Below, piece by piece: positions 18,543 to 27,087 of a stretch of DNA of 32,000 bases. The stretch covers positions 83,713 through 115,712 of the forward strand of contig DXJL01000113.1 of NCBI GenBank assembly GCA_019057635.1, read 5' to 3'. The notes under the pieces were generated by a model that searched no databases, had not been told where the DNA came from, and was given only the letters and a program-made list of their open reading frames with translations. Positions within the stretch are counted from its first letter, which is position 1, and the number at the start of each line of letters is the position of its first letter. The stretch is from Candidatus Heimdallarchaeota archaeon (GTDB taxonomy: Archaea; Asgardarchaeota; Heimdallarchaeia; Hodarchaeales; Hodarchaeaceae). The translations under genes and the position numbers were made by a program.

Positions 18543-19169
18543 CTAAGAGACATTAATTTTGGTGCCAGATTGTTCTAAACACTCTTCTTTGGTCAGTTCA
18601 ACCTCAAGAACTCCATTTTTAAATTTAGCAGCTGCAGATTCAGGAACAATTGTACAAGGAAGATCTATTTCCTTATAATACTTCCGACGGTGATCATCTG
18701 ACTCGGCTTGTATTAATAGACTTTTTTCTGTGGCAGATAGATCTACATTCTCCTTTCTTACACCTGGAATTTCAGCAATAACCCGTAGAACTTCTGTATC
18801 CTCAATAACATCAACAAGTGGTTCACGTTCAGGAGAAGATCTATATTGACTTTTTCCAGATTCTACTTTCTGTGGAGTATTACCGAATCTTTCGATACGG
18901 GGACGCCCATCTGGACCATTCGTCATCCGAAATCCCCAAACAAATCCTGGAGTATCTCCAAGGCCACCTTTTGGGGAAATGAAGTTAAATCGCCGTAATA
19001 GATCTTCGATAAACATGTCCATTGTATCGAAGACATTTTCAAAATCAAACCCTGCACCAAACTGATTCATGAAATGGTTGATAAAGTCATCAAAGGGGTT
19101 TTCATTTCGTCGTCTCCGCCTTGGAAAGCGGTCATCATCATCATTATTATCTCCTGTAGAGTTAGGCAT
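18543..19169 (-). CDS. hsp20: small heat-shock protein, Hsp20/alpha-crystallin family, with an extended charged N-terminus
   Basis: Alpha-crystallin domain VDVIEDTEVLRVIAEIPGVRKENVDLSATEKSLLIQAE...YYKEIDLP...AKFKNGVLEVELTK. Confidence 0.9.
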   Translation of the reverse strand: MPNSTGDNNDDDDRFPRRRRRNENPFDDFINHFMNQFGAGFDFENVFDTMDMFIEDLLRRFNFISPKGGLGDTPGFVWGFRMTNGPDGRPRIERFGNTPQKVESGKSQYRSSPEREPLVDVIEDTEVLRVIAEIPGVRKENVDLSATEKSLLIQAESDDHRRKYYKEIDLPCTIVPESAAAKFKNGVLEVELTKEECLEQSGTKINVS

Positions 19170-19224
19170 ATCACATCTCTTCCTTTACTTCTGGATTTAT
19201 TTGATTAACAATAATAGGAAGTGA

Positions 19225-19233
19225 TTTATAAAT
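19225..19233 (-). promoter_or_regulatory. candidate TATA box of the hsp20-led array
   Basis: The minus strand reads ATTTATAAA about 60 nt upstream of the hsp20 ATG. Immediately downstream of two TTGTGAATAAA direct repeats. Confidence 0.3.
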
Positions 19234-19389
19234 TTATTCACAAGGGATAATTTTATTCACAACTAGTGATGAAATTAAAGATGTCTTACAGTGGCGAATG
19301 GTATAAGTATTCTTTCTTAATATTGCTAAAACTCTAAAAATTTTACCTTAATAAGAGAATGTAGGCATTAAAAATCTCTAATTGCAGAA

Positions 19390-20250
19390 ATGAAATTTGC
19401 CCTTTTTCGAATATTTTTTATACCTCTCACCCGCTTCTTCCAATATACAAGAACAGTAATTGCTGAAATAGATTCCGAGGAAACTACAATGGAAAGTCCG
19501 AGATCTGCAGAAGAAATTCGAAAAATTGAACTAAATCTGGAAGAATTAGTTACAAAATTCCAAAGCAGAGTTCAATTAATACGAGACGATTTAAAATCTC
19601 TAATAAATGAGCTCGAGTTATTAAGGACACATATTGGAGACTTAAGAAGGACGTCGAATGAACATACTAGAGAAATTTCCGATTTAACAAACGATCAGCA
19701 GGCTTTATTAAACGAAGTGGCAGAGATCGAAAAAGAGATTTCTGTTCATGAATCGAACCTGAATTCACATAATCAAAAGCTCTCTCAGTATCAATCCCGA
19801 TTAACGACTGATAAAAATCTCCTTACAGGATTGGAATCCGAAAAATCATCATTATCAACAATATTGAAAACTGATAAACAAGAACTTCTTACTTTAAAGG
19901 ATAACTATGATGAATTACAGCCAAAATTTGAATCTAAAATCCAAATAGTTCAAGAAAAGTGTGAGCGTCTAAAAAACGACAAGGATATGCTTACATACAA
20001 ATTTAAGGCAATACGAATATTGAGTCAGTCTTATTTACAAACTCCAGAGGTAAATTTGATAAGATTCTTAGCAAACAAACCAAATCCCCAATCAACAGTA
20101 GTTGAAATTCGATCTGCTCTTGGAATTGACCCTGAATCTTTGAAAACTATCTTGAAAAAACTCGCTGAAAGAAATGTTCTTGAATTTGATTCAGCTGTGG
20201 ACACCATTGAAGTGAGCGCAAAGATAGATTTATTCGAGAAGGAGATATAA
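19390..20250 (+). CDS. coiled-coil protein with a C-terminal winged-helix-like domain, unknown function
   Basis: About 190 aa of heptad-like charged/Leu-rich sequence, then LIRFLANKPNPQSTVVEIRSALGIDPESLKTILKKLAERNVLEF. The real start may be the ATG at 19489 (MESPRSAEE), since the first 33 codons look like non-coding read-through. Confidence 0.6.
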   Translation: MKFALFRIFFIPLTRFFQYTRTVIAEIDSEETTMESPRSAEEIRKIELNLEELVTKFQSRVQLIRDDLKSLINELELLRTHIGDLRRTSNEHTREISDLTNDQQALLNEVAEIEKEISVHESNLNSHNQKLSQYQSRLTTDKNLLTGLESEKSSLSTILKTDKQELLTLKDNYDELQPKFESKIQIVQEKCERLKNDKDMLTYKFKAIRILSQSYLQTPEVNLIRFLANKPNPQSTVVEIRSALGIDPESLKTILKKLAERNVLEFDSAVDTIEVSAKIDLFEKEI

Positions 20251-20253
20251 TTA

Positions 20254-20988
20254 ATGGAAACAGATACAATCCGTGAGAAATATATCCGCAGCGAAGAGGC
20301 TCTAAATCGATTGAGAGATGATATTTCCCAGCTTATTTTCACCCGTCTGCAAGATATAAAAAGCACACAGGAATACCTTGAAACTTTGATAAAGGAAAAA
20401 GAAGCTGTTGATGCTGACATAACTGAACAAGAAGCTAAAATGGCCTCACTCAAAGATGATATTGAGAGTAAGAAGAGTTTAGTTAAGAAATTGAAGCAAA
20501 AACAGGCGCAGGTCATTGAAGAAGAACAAAACAAAGAAATACGAACTCGTGAAATAGATAGAGAATTACAGACTGTTCAGGTGAATTCGGAAACAATCAA
20601 GAAAGAGATTGAGAAGGCAAAATTGGATGTAGATAATACTAAAATTACCATTTCTGATTATGGATTAAAAATGCAAAATCTAGAATCAAAATTAACACAA
20701 GAAATTGAACAAAAGAAACAGGAAAATACCCTCCTAACTCAGGAAATAAAACAAATTCAAAATGAGAACGGAATTCTCTCATTTCTTTTAGAAGAATCAG
20801 CGGAAGATATTCCCGAGGTAGAAATACTAGCCGAATTAATGAGGAAAGGTAGAATTACAATGGATCAACTCAAAAAATCATTAGAGGGACGAACTTCTCC
20901 AGTTATTATAACTAGAACTATAGGACGTATGATGGAAAAGGGATTAATTACTTTCCATGAAGCAAATGATACTTATAGCGCTGGATAA
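20254..20988 (+). CDS. coiled-coil protein with a C-terminal winged-helix-like domain; same architecture as the upstream gene
   Basis: Same architecture: coiled coil followed by ILAELMRKGRITMDQLKKSLEGRTSPVIITRTIGRMMEKGLITF. Starts 3 nt after the upstream stop. Confidence 0.65.
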   Translation: METDTIREKYIRSEEALNRLRDDISQLIFTRLQDIKSTQEYLETLIKEKEAVDADITEQEAKMASLKDDIESKKSLVKKLKQKQAQVIEEEQNKEIRTREIDRELQTVQVNSETIKKEIEKAKLDVDNTKITISDYGLKMQNLESKLTQEIEQKKQENTLLTQEIKQIQNENGILSFLLEESAEDIPEVEILAELMRKGRITMDQLKKSLEGRTSPVIITRTIGRMMEKGLITFHEANDTYSAG

Positions 20989-21068
20989 ATGGAAAAAAAA
21001 ACTAATGTCAAGAAATCTGGCAAGTATATCCTTTAAAATTTTGCAGATCTAGTAACTTTGGTCTTAAG

Positions 21069-22112
21069 ATGAAAAGGAGTATTGATCAAGAATTGTGGGA
21101 TTTTCAGAGGGAATTAAGATCAGGAAAACTTCAGTGTACAGCATGTCCACGTCTATGCCAGCTCATAGATAATGAAGTGGGTTGGTGTGGAGCTCGAGTG
21201 CGCAAAGGGATAAAAGTTGAACCCCGAACTTATGGACTAATACATGGAAGATTAGCTGAAGATCCTATAGAAAAAAAACCACTCTATCATTTTTATCCAG
21301 GGAAAAAAATCCTTTCATTCGGGTCCTACGGATGTAATCTTGGCTGTCTACATTGTCAAAATTGGCACATTTCAATGCAAAAAGAGAAGAGTGATATATC
21401 TAAACTTATTAAAATTTCTCCAGAAGAAATAGTCAATGAATGTTTAGCCAGAAAAATGACATTAATTGCTTCAACCTATAACGAACCAATGATTGCTTTT
21501 GAATACGTGCGAGATATTGCCAATCTAGCCCATGATCACAACATAAAAATGGTAGTTGTTGATAATGGATACATAACGAGAAAATTGGCTGAAGCTCTTG
21601 CATCACATATTGATGCTGCCAACATCGATATTAAGGGATTTTCTTCAGAATTTTACAAAGAAATATGTGGCTCACCTTCCTGGAAACCTGTTTTGAGGAC
21701 ATGTGAAATATTCTACAAGCATGGAGTCCATCTAGAACTTACTAATCTTGTAATACCTACAAAAAATGACTTCGATTCCATGATACGTGAGATGTGTGAA
21801 TGGATTTCTGAAAACCTTAGTCCATTGATCCCTCTCCATTTCTCCGCTTTTCGACCTGACTATAAATTAAATTCCTTGCCACATACACCGATAAAAACTT
21901 TAGAGAAGGCTATTCGAATTGCTAACGATGTTGGTTTGAAATATGTTTACATCGGGAATGTTTCAGGACATAAAGGGAATCATACATACTGTCATAATTG
22001 CGAAAAACTAATTATTAAACGGGAGAGGTATAATACAAGTGTTATCAATCTGAGGGGAGCTAGTTGTTCCTCTTGTGGAACCAAACTCCCTATAATTGTT
22101 GCCAACGAGTAA
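21069..22112 (+). CDS. AmmeMemoRadiSam-system radical SAM enzyme (PflA-like activase family)
   Basis: N-terminal Cys cluster CTACPRLCQL...WCGAR. Radical SAM motif CNLGCLHCQNW (Cx3Cx2C). C-terminal CHNCEKL...CSSCGTKLP. This layout matches the AMMECR1/MEMO1-associated family. Confidence 0.8.
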   Translation: MKRSIDQELWDFQRELRSGKLQCTACPRLCQLIDNEVGWCGARVRKGIKVEPRTYGLIHGRLAEDPIEKKPLYHFYPGKKILSFGSYGCNLGCLHCQNWHISMQKEKSDISKLIKISPEEIVNECLARKMTLIASTYNEPMIAFEYVRDIANLAHDHNIKMVVVDNGYITRKLAEALASHIDAANIDIKGFSSEFYKEICGSPSWKPVLRTCEIFYKHGVHLELTNLVIPTKNDFDSMIREMCEWISENLSPLIPLHFSAFRPDYKLNSLPHTPIKTLEKAIRIANDVGLKYVYIGNVSGHKGNHTYCHNCEKLIIKRERYNTSVINLRGASCSSCGTKLPIIVANE

Positions 22113-22116
22113 AATA

Positions 22117-22578
22117 TCATCCGACAGGCTTAATTTTATAGGGTATTTGTTCAATTTGATCTTCTAGAAGTGTAAACGCAATTAGTTTATTTGGATAGGC
22201 TCCAATAAACCATATATAGGGGAAAGGCCATAATTTCATAAAAGATTTATCTTTCTTTGAAGGGAAAAGATGAGCCTTAGCTGGATGAGAGTGAAAAAAT
22301 CCAAGGAGAATTTTCTCTTGCTTCTGGAATATATCGATATATTTTACTAAAATTCCGTAATCAATGGAAAAACTATTTGGAGAGGAATCTAAGTTTTCCA
22401 TTTCAAAAAAATGATCAACTCTTATCTTTTTTCTTGTTATTATTCCAAATAAAGCTCCCACCTGCTCAATTAAACTCTCTACTTTAAGAAGATTAGTAAT
22501 TGCGCTATTTACCTCGTTCATGATTTCTAATTCAGGTACTAGCATCGTTAATTCATTTTTACTCTTCAAGAATATCAT
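22117..22578 (-). CDS. JAB1/MPN/Mov34 (JAMM) metalloprotease-domain protein
   Basis: EQVGALFG (conserved Glu) followed by GFFHSHPAKAHLFPSKKD, a JAMM HxH...S-x2-D with a one-residue longer spacer. Its ATG overlaps the upstream beta-CASP gene end by 20 nt. Confidence 0.72.
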   Translation of the reverse strand: MIFLKSKNELTMLVPELEIMNEVNSAITNLLKVESLIEQVGALFGIITRKKIRVDHFFEMENLDSSPNSFSIDYGILVKYIDIFQKQEKILLGFFHSHPAKAHLFPSKKDKSFMKLWPFPYIWFIGAYPNKLIAFTLLEDQIEQIPYKIKPVG

Positions 22579-23932
22579 GTGCTGTTAATATCTTAGCTTT
22601 AAATCCAATCCTTCTCAATTCCTCTGCATATCGTTTTTGTGCATTAGGTTCTCCATGAATTGCATAGATTTTTTGTGGTGTAGAATATTGAACCATTTGG
22701 ACTAGCCCTTCTAATGATGAATGCCCTGAAAATTGAAATTGTTTAATTTCAAGGTCTAACGAAACATCAAACACCTGGCCAAAACCGTTATCTAGTTTAA
22801 CGTTTTTCTCACCGTTTGCAATATCTGATCCCATAGTTCCCTCAACTTGATATCCTACGATATACAATCCATTACGTGGGTTGCCTCCACCCATTCGTAG
22901 ATAATCATAGACTGGTCCGCCTTCCATCATACCTGATGTTGTTAAAATTATACTTTGCTGGTCTCTGGTAATCAGGAGCTCCCGCTTCTTTGATCGTTTT
23001 TTTTTCATAGCTACATCATCTAATACTCGAATTCCCTCATGATCAAAAGGAGTTCTATATCCTTTATCCTTGAGCTCAATCAGAATGCGAGGAGAGACCC
23101 ATTTATCATTCATATACCGCTCATAGATGGCATTCATATCAAGTATCATACCATCAATATAAAGGGGAAATTTGTGAAGGAATGAATCGAAATCGCTTGC
23201 CAAATACGCTTGAATCTCTTGTGATCGACCGAGAGCAAAAGAGGGAATTATCGCTTTTCCGCCTCTTGAATAACAATTTAGTAAAGATTTCGTTAGATTT
23301 GATGTAACCGTTTTTCGTCCTTCGATTCGTCTATTTGCATTTGTGGTTTCTGTTATTAATATGTCAATAGGGTCATCAGGATCTGGAAATTGGATTGGAT
23401 CATGGTAGGGAGTTTTCGCATCATTAAAATCTCCCGTATATAATATTCGGGTTCCTTCCCAATCAAGGAGAATATATGCACTCCCTAGTATATGGCTAGC
23501 ATCCAGAAATTCAGCAGTTATCCCACTCGCAATCTTGAATTTTTTACGATAATTATGAGTTTCAATTTTCATCATTGCAGTCTGTAGATGAGAGATACCA
23601 TAATGATGGGGTCCTTCAATTTTCAAATGATCTTTCCAAAGGATCTGAACAATATCCTTTGTTGGCGTTGTCATATGAATAGACCCACGAAATCCAGCTC
23701 GATAAAGTGCTGGTGTATATCCAGAATGGTCAATATGAGCATGAGAAATAAGAATTGCATTCGTTTCATCAGCAAATCTGTCAACATCAGGAGCTGTGGA
23801 AACACGGCCTGTTCTTCGGGGGTGTAGTTGAATCCCTGCGTCAAACACCACTCTTCGATGATCGCTATCTGAGATCATCACACAAGATTTTCCCACGGAG
23901 TCAGAAGCGCCGAGTACACTAATTTCTAACAT
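22559..23932 (-). CDS. beta-CASP metallo-beta-lactamase ribonuclease, aCPSF2-like (no KH domains)
   Basis: VVFDAGI, ILISHAHIDHSGYTPAL (HxHxDH), TGDFN, beta-CASP region, SGHSS and AIHGEP terminal motifs. Confidence 0.85.
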   Translation of the reverse strand: MLEISVLGASDSVGKSCVMISDSDHRRVVFDAGIQLHPRRTGRVSTAPDVDRFADETNAILISHAHIDHSGYTPALYRAGFRGSIHMTTPTKDIVQILWKDHLKIEGPHHYGISHLQTAMMKIETHNYRKKFKIASGITAEFLDASHILGSAYILLDWEGTRILYTGDFNDAKTPYHDPIQFPDPDDPIDILITETTNANRRIEGRKTVTSNLTKSLLNCYSRGGKAIIPSFALGRSQEIQAYLASDFDSFLHKFPLYIDGMILDMNAIYERYMNDKWVSPRILIELKDKGYRTPFDHEGIRVLDDVAMKKKRSKKRELLITRDQQSIILTTSGMMEGGPVYDYLRMGGGNPRNGLYIVGYQVEGTMGSDIANGEKNVKLDNGFGQVFDVSLDLEIKQFQFSGHSSLEGLVQMVQYSTPQKIYAIHGEPNAQKRYAEELRRIGFKAKILTAHDILEE

Positions 23933-24110
23933 CTTACATCAAGTTATTTAATATTTGTTTTCTGATTTTTAGTTATTTTCTGTCCTACTGACAGTTGAGC
24001 ACATTGTATTGCGAAAACTACTCATTATAGCAATGATTGAGCAGTACTAAAAGAACTATTCCGTGACGTAAAACACTTTAAGATAGAGAATATACTTCAT
24101 TATTTGAATT

Positions 24111-24827
24111 ATGATGATATCAGACCTTCAGGAGATTTCAATTTCTGCAATTCTATTAGGAGTAATTATACTCTTTTTAGGTTCCTTCCTTGATATTCCA
24201 GATCTTTACAACATAGGATTCATCATTTTGGCGTTAGGATTTATTTTAATCATCATTCAATGGATCGCGAGTGGGGGTGTAGTTGAAATTTTAAATTGGC
24301 TTCCTATTATTCTCATATTTACCATTGTTACTTCTTTAAGTAGTGATTTTGTTTCTCAATCAAGTACAACACAAATTTTAACTTGGCCATCCGTTGTAAT
24401 CGTTTTATTTGTTATAGTTTTCTTTGTCCTCTTCCAAGGTGGAGATCTATCTTTTTTAATGCAATTTTTACCTGTTATTATTGGCTTTAGCCTTCTTGGC
24501 CTTGTTTTCGGTCAATTATTGTGGGAAGATGCTTTTAGAGGTTTGGCATACAGTGTCGGATTCTTAGGAATTGCTATCTTGCTATTATGGCTTAACGTGA
24601 GAAAATCGCTACAAAAACCCCCAGTAACAGGTGAATTATCAACAATTGTTGGAGAAAACGGTGTAGCTATAACTAACATCTCTCAGCAACATGGAGGAAA
24701 AGTAAAAGTTGGAACAGCCATCTGGAGGGCAACAAGTGACTCTTACATTCAGGAAGGAGAAATCATTCGTGTAATAGGGACTGGAGTAAAAAATCTAGTT
24801 CTAGAGGTTCAAGCCAAAAAACCTTAG
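24111..24827 (+). CDS. NfeD-family membrane protein (TM bundle plus C-terminal OB-fold)
   Basis: Several TM helices, then GENGVAITNISQQHGGKVKVGTAIWRATSDSYIQEGEIIRVIGTGVKNLVLEV, the typical NfeD C-terminal OB pattern. Confidence 0.68.
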   Translation: MMISDLQEISISAILLGVIILFLGSFLDIPDLYNIGFIILALGFILIIIQWIASGGVVEILNWLPIILIFTIVTSLSSDFVSQSSTTQILTWPSVVIVLFVIVFFVLFQGGDLSFLMQFLPVIIGFSLLGLVFGQLLWEDAFRGLAYSVGFLGIAILLLWLNVRKSLQKPPVTGELSTIVGENGVAITNISQQHGGKVKVGTAIWRATSDSYIQEGEIIRVIGTGVKNLVLEVQAKKP

Positions 24828-24927
24828 GATTCTTCATTATTCACTACAATCATTAGAAAATTTTTTTGAAATAAAGGGAGTGACCTTTTTATGACTCGTA
24901 ATTTTCCATATACTTTTAGGGTAGGCA

Positions 24928-24937
24928 TTTTTATATT
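24928..24937 (+). promoter_or_regulatory. candidate TATA box for tRNA-Val
   Basis: TTTTTATATT is centred about 35 nt upstream of the first tRNA nucleotide. Confidence 0.35.
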
Positions 24938-24966
24938 CCTAAAATGTTGTCATGGTAAAAAAACAT

Positions 24967-25043
24967 TGGGCCGGTGGTCTAGCCCGGTATGACGCTAGTC
25001 TCACACACTAGAAGTCGGTAGTTCAAATCTGCCTCGGCCCACC
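24967..25043 (+). tRNA. tRNA-Val(CAC), intron-less, genomically encoded CCA
   Basis: Acceptor GGGCCGG/TCGGCCC (G-U at 7:66), discriminator A, then CCA. Anticodon stem CTAGT/ACTAG, loop CTCACAC. T arm GGTAG-TTCAAAT-CTGCC. Confidence 0.9.
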
Positions 25044-25181
25044 AATTTTATCATTACAATCCTCATAAGAAACATAGGGAATTGAGCGAACTACTCAATT
25101 TCGTAACTAATTACCTTACATCCCAAAGTATTTTCGTATTAGGTACCTAAATTCTTTTTATTTAATTCAGCAAGTCTATGA

Positions 25182-26300
25182 ATGATGAATATTCACAGTA
25201 AATCCAGACTTCCGATTTCGGATTGGGGCCTTATTATCATTTTCGTTATGATTTATCCGTTAGCTGTCGGTGTAACTTTAGTTTATTTCTTCTATAGCTA
25301 TAATGATAGGACTATCCAATTACTCTTTTTGAACATCATAATGCTCATATTTCTGGCCGTTTTTCTCTATTTGTATCGATCAGCATTCCATAGACTTGAC
25401 ATATATGCTAAAAAAGTCGATTTCTATCATTTTACTCCCTCTCTGGCCGATTTTTTTATTCATTTGATTAAACAAGTTTATTATGTGCTTTTTCTTGGAT
25501 TTTTGTTTAATTTTATCATTGAATTCTTGATTTCTGATTCTAATATTGATTTAACAGTGTATTTGGGATTCTCTATTGGCACTTCTCTTATTTTAGAGGG
25601 ATTTTTCCTAGTTATTCGAATGCGAAGTAAAATCTCTCTAATAAATACAGCTCAAGAATCTGTAAAAGATGATATCATAAAAGACATAAACCTAAATCAT
25701 CCAGAAAGTGAGAAAATTAGTGAATATCGATTTGCTGATATTCAAGTACCATCCTTATTCCTTTCTGCGGGAGTAACAACCTTTGGCATAAACAATTACA
25801 TTTGTTTAGTTTCTAGATATTTTAATTGGAAATTAAATGACAAAGAATTAATCGCAGTCTTATTACATGAAGTTGGCCACGTCAAGAACAATCACATAAG
25901 GAAATCATATATGATCCTTGGAACAGAAGTAATCTTACGCTCGATTAGGATCTTTATTGTAATAATCGCGCTTCTAGTTTTTTCTCAACAACACGAAAAT
26001 TTTGACATAGATCTCTATTCATTACTTTATCTAAGCTTGATTCTTAGTGTATTCCTTACATCCGCGTTTTTAACATTTTTTCTGAAATATCGTTTCTTTT
26101 TGGGAGAAATCTGGGCTGATGAATATTCTGCAAATAAGGTAGGTGCACTGGAACTAGCAAGTATCTTACGGAAACTTCCAAAACTTATTCCTTCCCCTTT
26201 AGCCTATGATCAATCTTCATTTCTAGGATTCAGAGTAAATTTATTGAGGAATTCGGTAAAAGATCTTCAAGATGTGAATAATCAAAAAATCAATCAATGA
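25182..26300 (+). CDS. membrane-embedded M48-like zinc metalloprotease
   Basis: Multiple TM helices. HExxH in LLHEVGHVKNNH, with a downstream GEIWADEYS acidic motif typical of M48/HtpX-like peptidases. Confidence 0.68.
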   Translation: MMNIHSKSRLPISDWGLIIIFVMIYPLAVGVTLVYFFYSYNDRTIQLLFLNIIMLIFLAVFLYLYRSAFHRLDIYAKKVDFYHFTPSLADFFIHLIKQVYYVLFLGFLFNFIIEFLISDSNIDLTVYLGFSIGTSLILEGFFLVIRMRSKISLINTAQESVKDDIIKDINLNHPESEKISEYRFADIQVPSLFLSAGVTTFGINNYICLVSRYFNWKLNDKELIAVLLHEVGHVKNNHIRKSYMILGTEVILRSIRIFIVIIALLVFSQQHENFDIDLYSLLYLSLILSVFLTSAFLTFFLKYRFFLGEIWADEYSANKVGALELASILRKLPKLIPSPLAYDQSSFLGFRVNLLRNSVKDLQDVNNQKINQ

Positions 26301-27039
26301 TATTGATTTCTACCTCATCTATTCCCATGGATGATAAAAGTGAAGATAAAAATTCTTCAAAGAAACATCCGCCTTTTTCAATCTTGCAGAAATAGCAGTC
26401 GTAGCAATATAGAAAGTACTTGAGATCTTCACGCTTCACATGTTCACCATCTAATTGCATGATTAGTTGATCTATTCGAGCTAAAACGAAATTTCGGCCT
26501 TTTGATAATGCTTGTTTAAAGGATTCGTGATGTTTCTCGAGCAAACGATTCCCAATTTTTCGTCCTAATGTATCCAAGCCTTCCTGTAAGTATTCTTCTT
26601 CTGTGAGCAATCCATCTTCGATTAAAAAAAGGAGAAGAGCGATTTTCTTGCCAAGAGGGAGGAGTATCTCATCTGCGTCTTCAGAAAAACTATCAAAGAT
26701 AGCGAGGTCTACAACCTCACGCTGCCACATTACCTCGGGAAATTTGGTGAAAAACCGTTCTAGAAGATGATCAATTTCTTTTTCACACCATTGGGGATTT
26801 ATTGTTGATTCAATAAAAATCACAAAGAGTAAAGGTTGTTCCCGTTTTTTAAAGAAAAGAGAAACTTTGGACATTTGTAATATATCTATAGCGTCATTCT
26901 CCACTGCAGTAGCGTAATTATATAATGCGCTAATAAGTCCAGATCGAAGGACAATGTCTGTTGAATTTCCAGTCTGATATTTCCTATGAAACAAAACCGT
27001 TCCTGATTCGTGAATACAGAGAAATTCCCTAATTATCAT
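26290..27039 (-). CDS. uncharacterised protein: N-terminal longin/roadblock-like pattern, C-terminal Cys cluster
   Basis: MIIREFLCIHESGTVLFHRKY...LRSGLISALYNYATAV...VSLFFKKREQPLLFVIFIES...EIDHLLERFFTKF follows a beta-beta-alpha-beta-beta-beta-alpha pattern. C-terminus CYDCYFCKIEKGGC. 48 nt downstream of the MutS-like gene, same strand. Confidence 0.5.
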   Translation of the reverse strand: MIIREFLCIHESGTVLFHRKYQTGNSTDIVLRSGLISALYNYATAVENDAIDILQMSKVSLFFKKREQPLLFVIFIESTINPQWCEKEIDHLLERFFTKFPEVMWQREVVDLAIFDSFSEDADEILLPLGKKIALLLFLIEDGLLTEEEYLQEGLDTLGRKIGNRLLEKHHESFKQALSKGRNFVLARIDQLIMQLDGEHVKREDLKYFLYCYDCYFCKIEKGGCFFEEFLSSLLSSMGIDEVEINIID

Positions 27040-27087
27040 TTTTTATCCTCATTTAGCAGAGAATTACTCTTATGTCAAATTAAAACT

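Noticed and set aside
20031-20534. 167-aa minus-strand ORF
   Set aside because: It is antisense across the junction of the two coiled-coil genes. Its Ser/Phe/Cys-rich composition is what the reverse complement of Glu/Lys/Leu-rich coiled-coil codons produces.
23588-23827. 79-aa plus-strand ORF
   Set aside because: It is antisense within the beta-CASP RNase gene.
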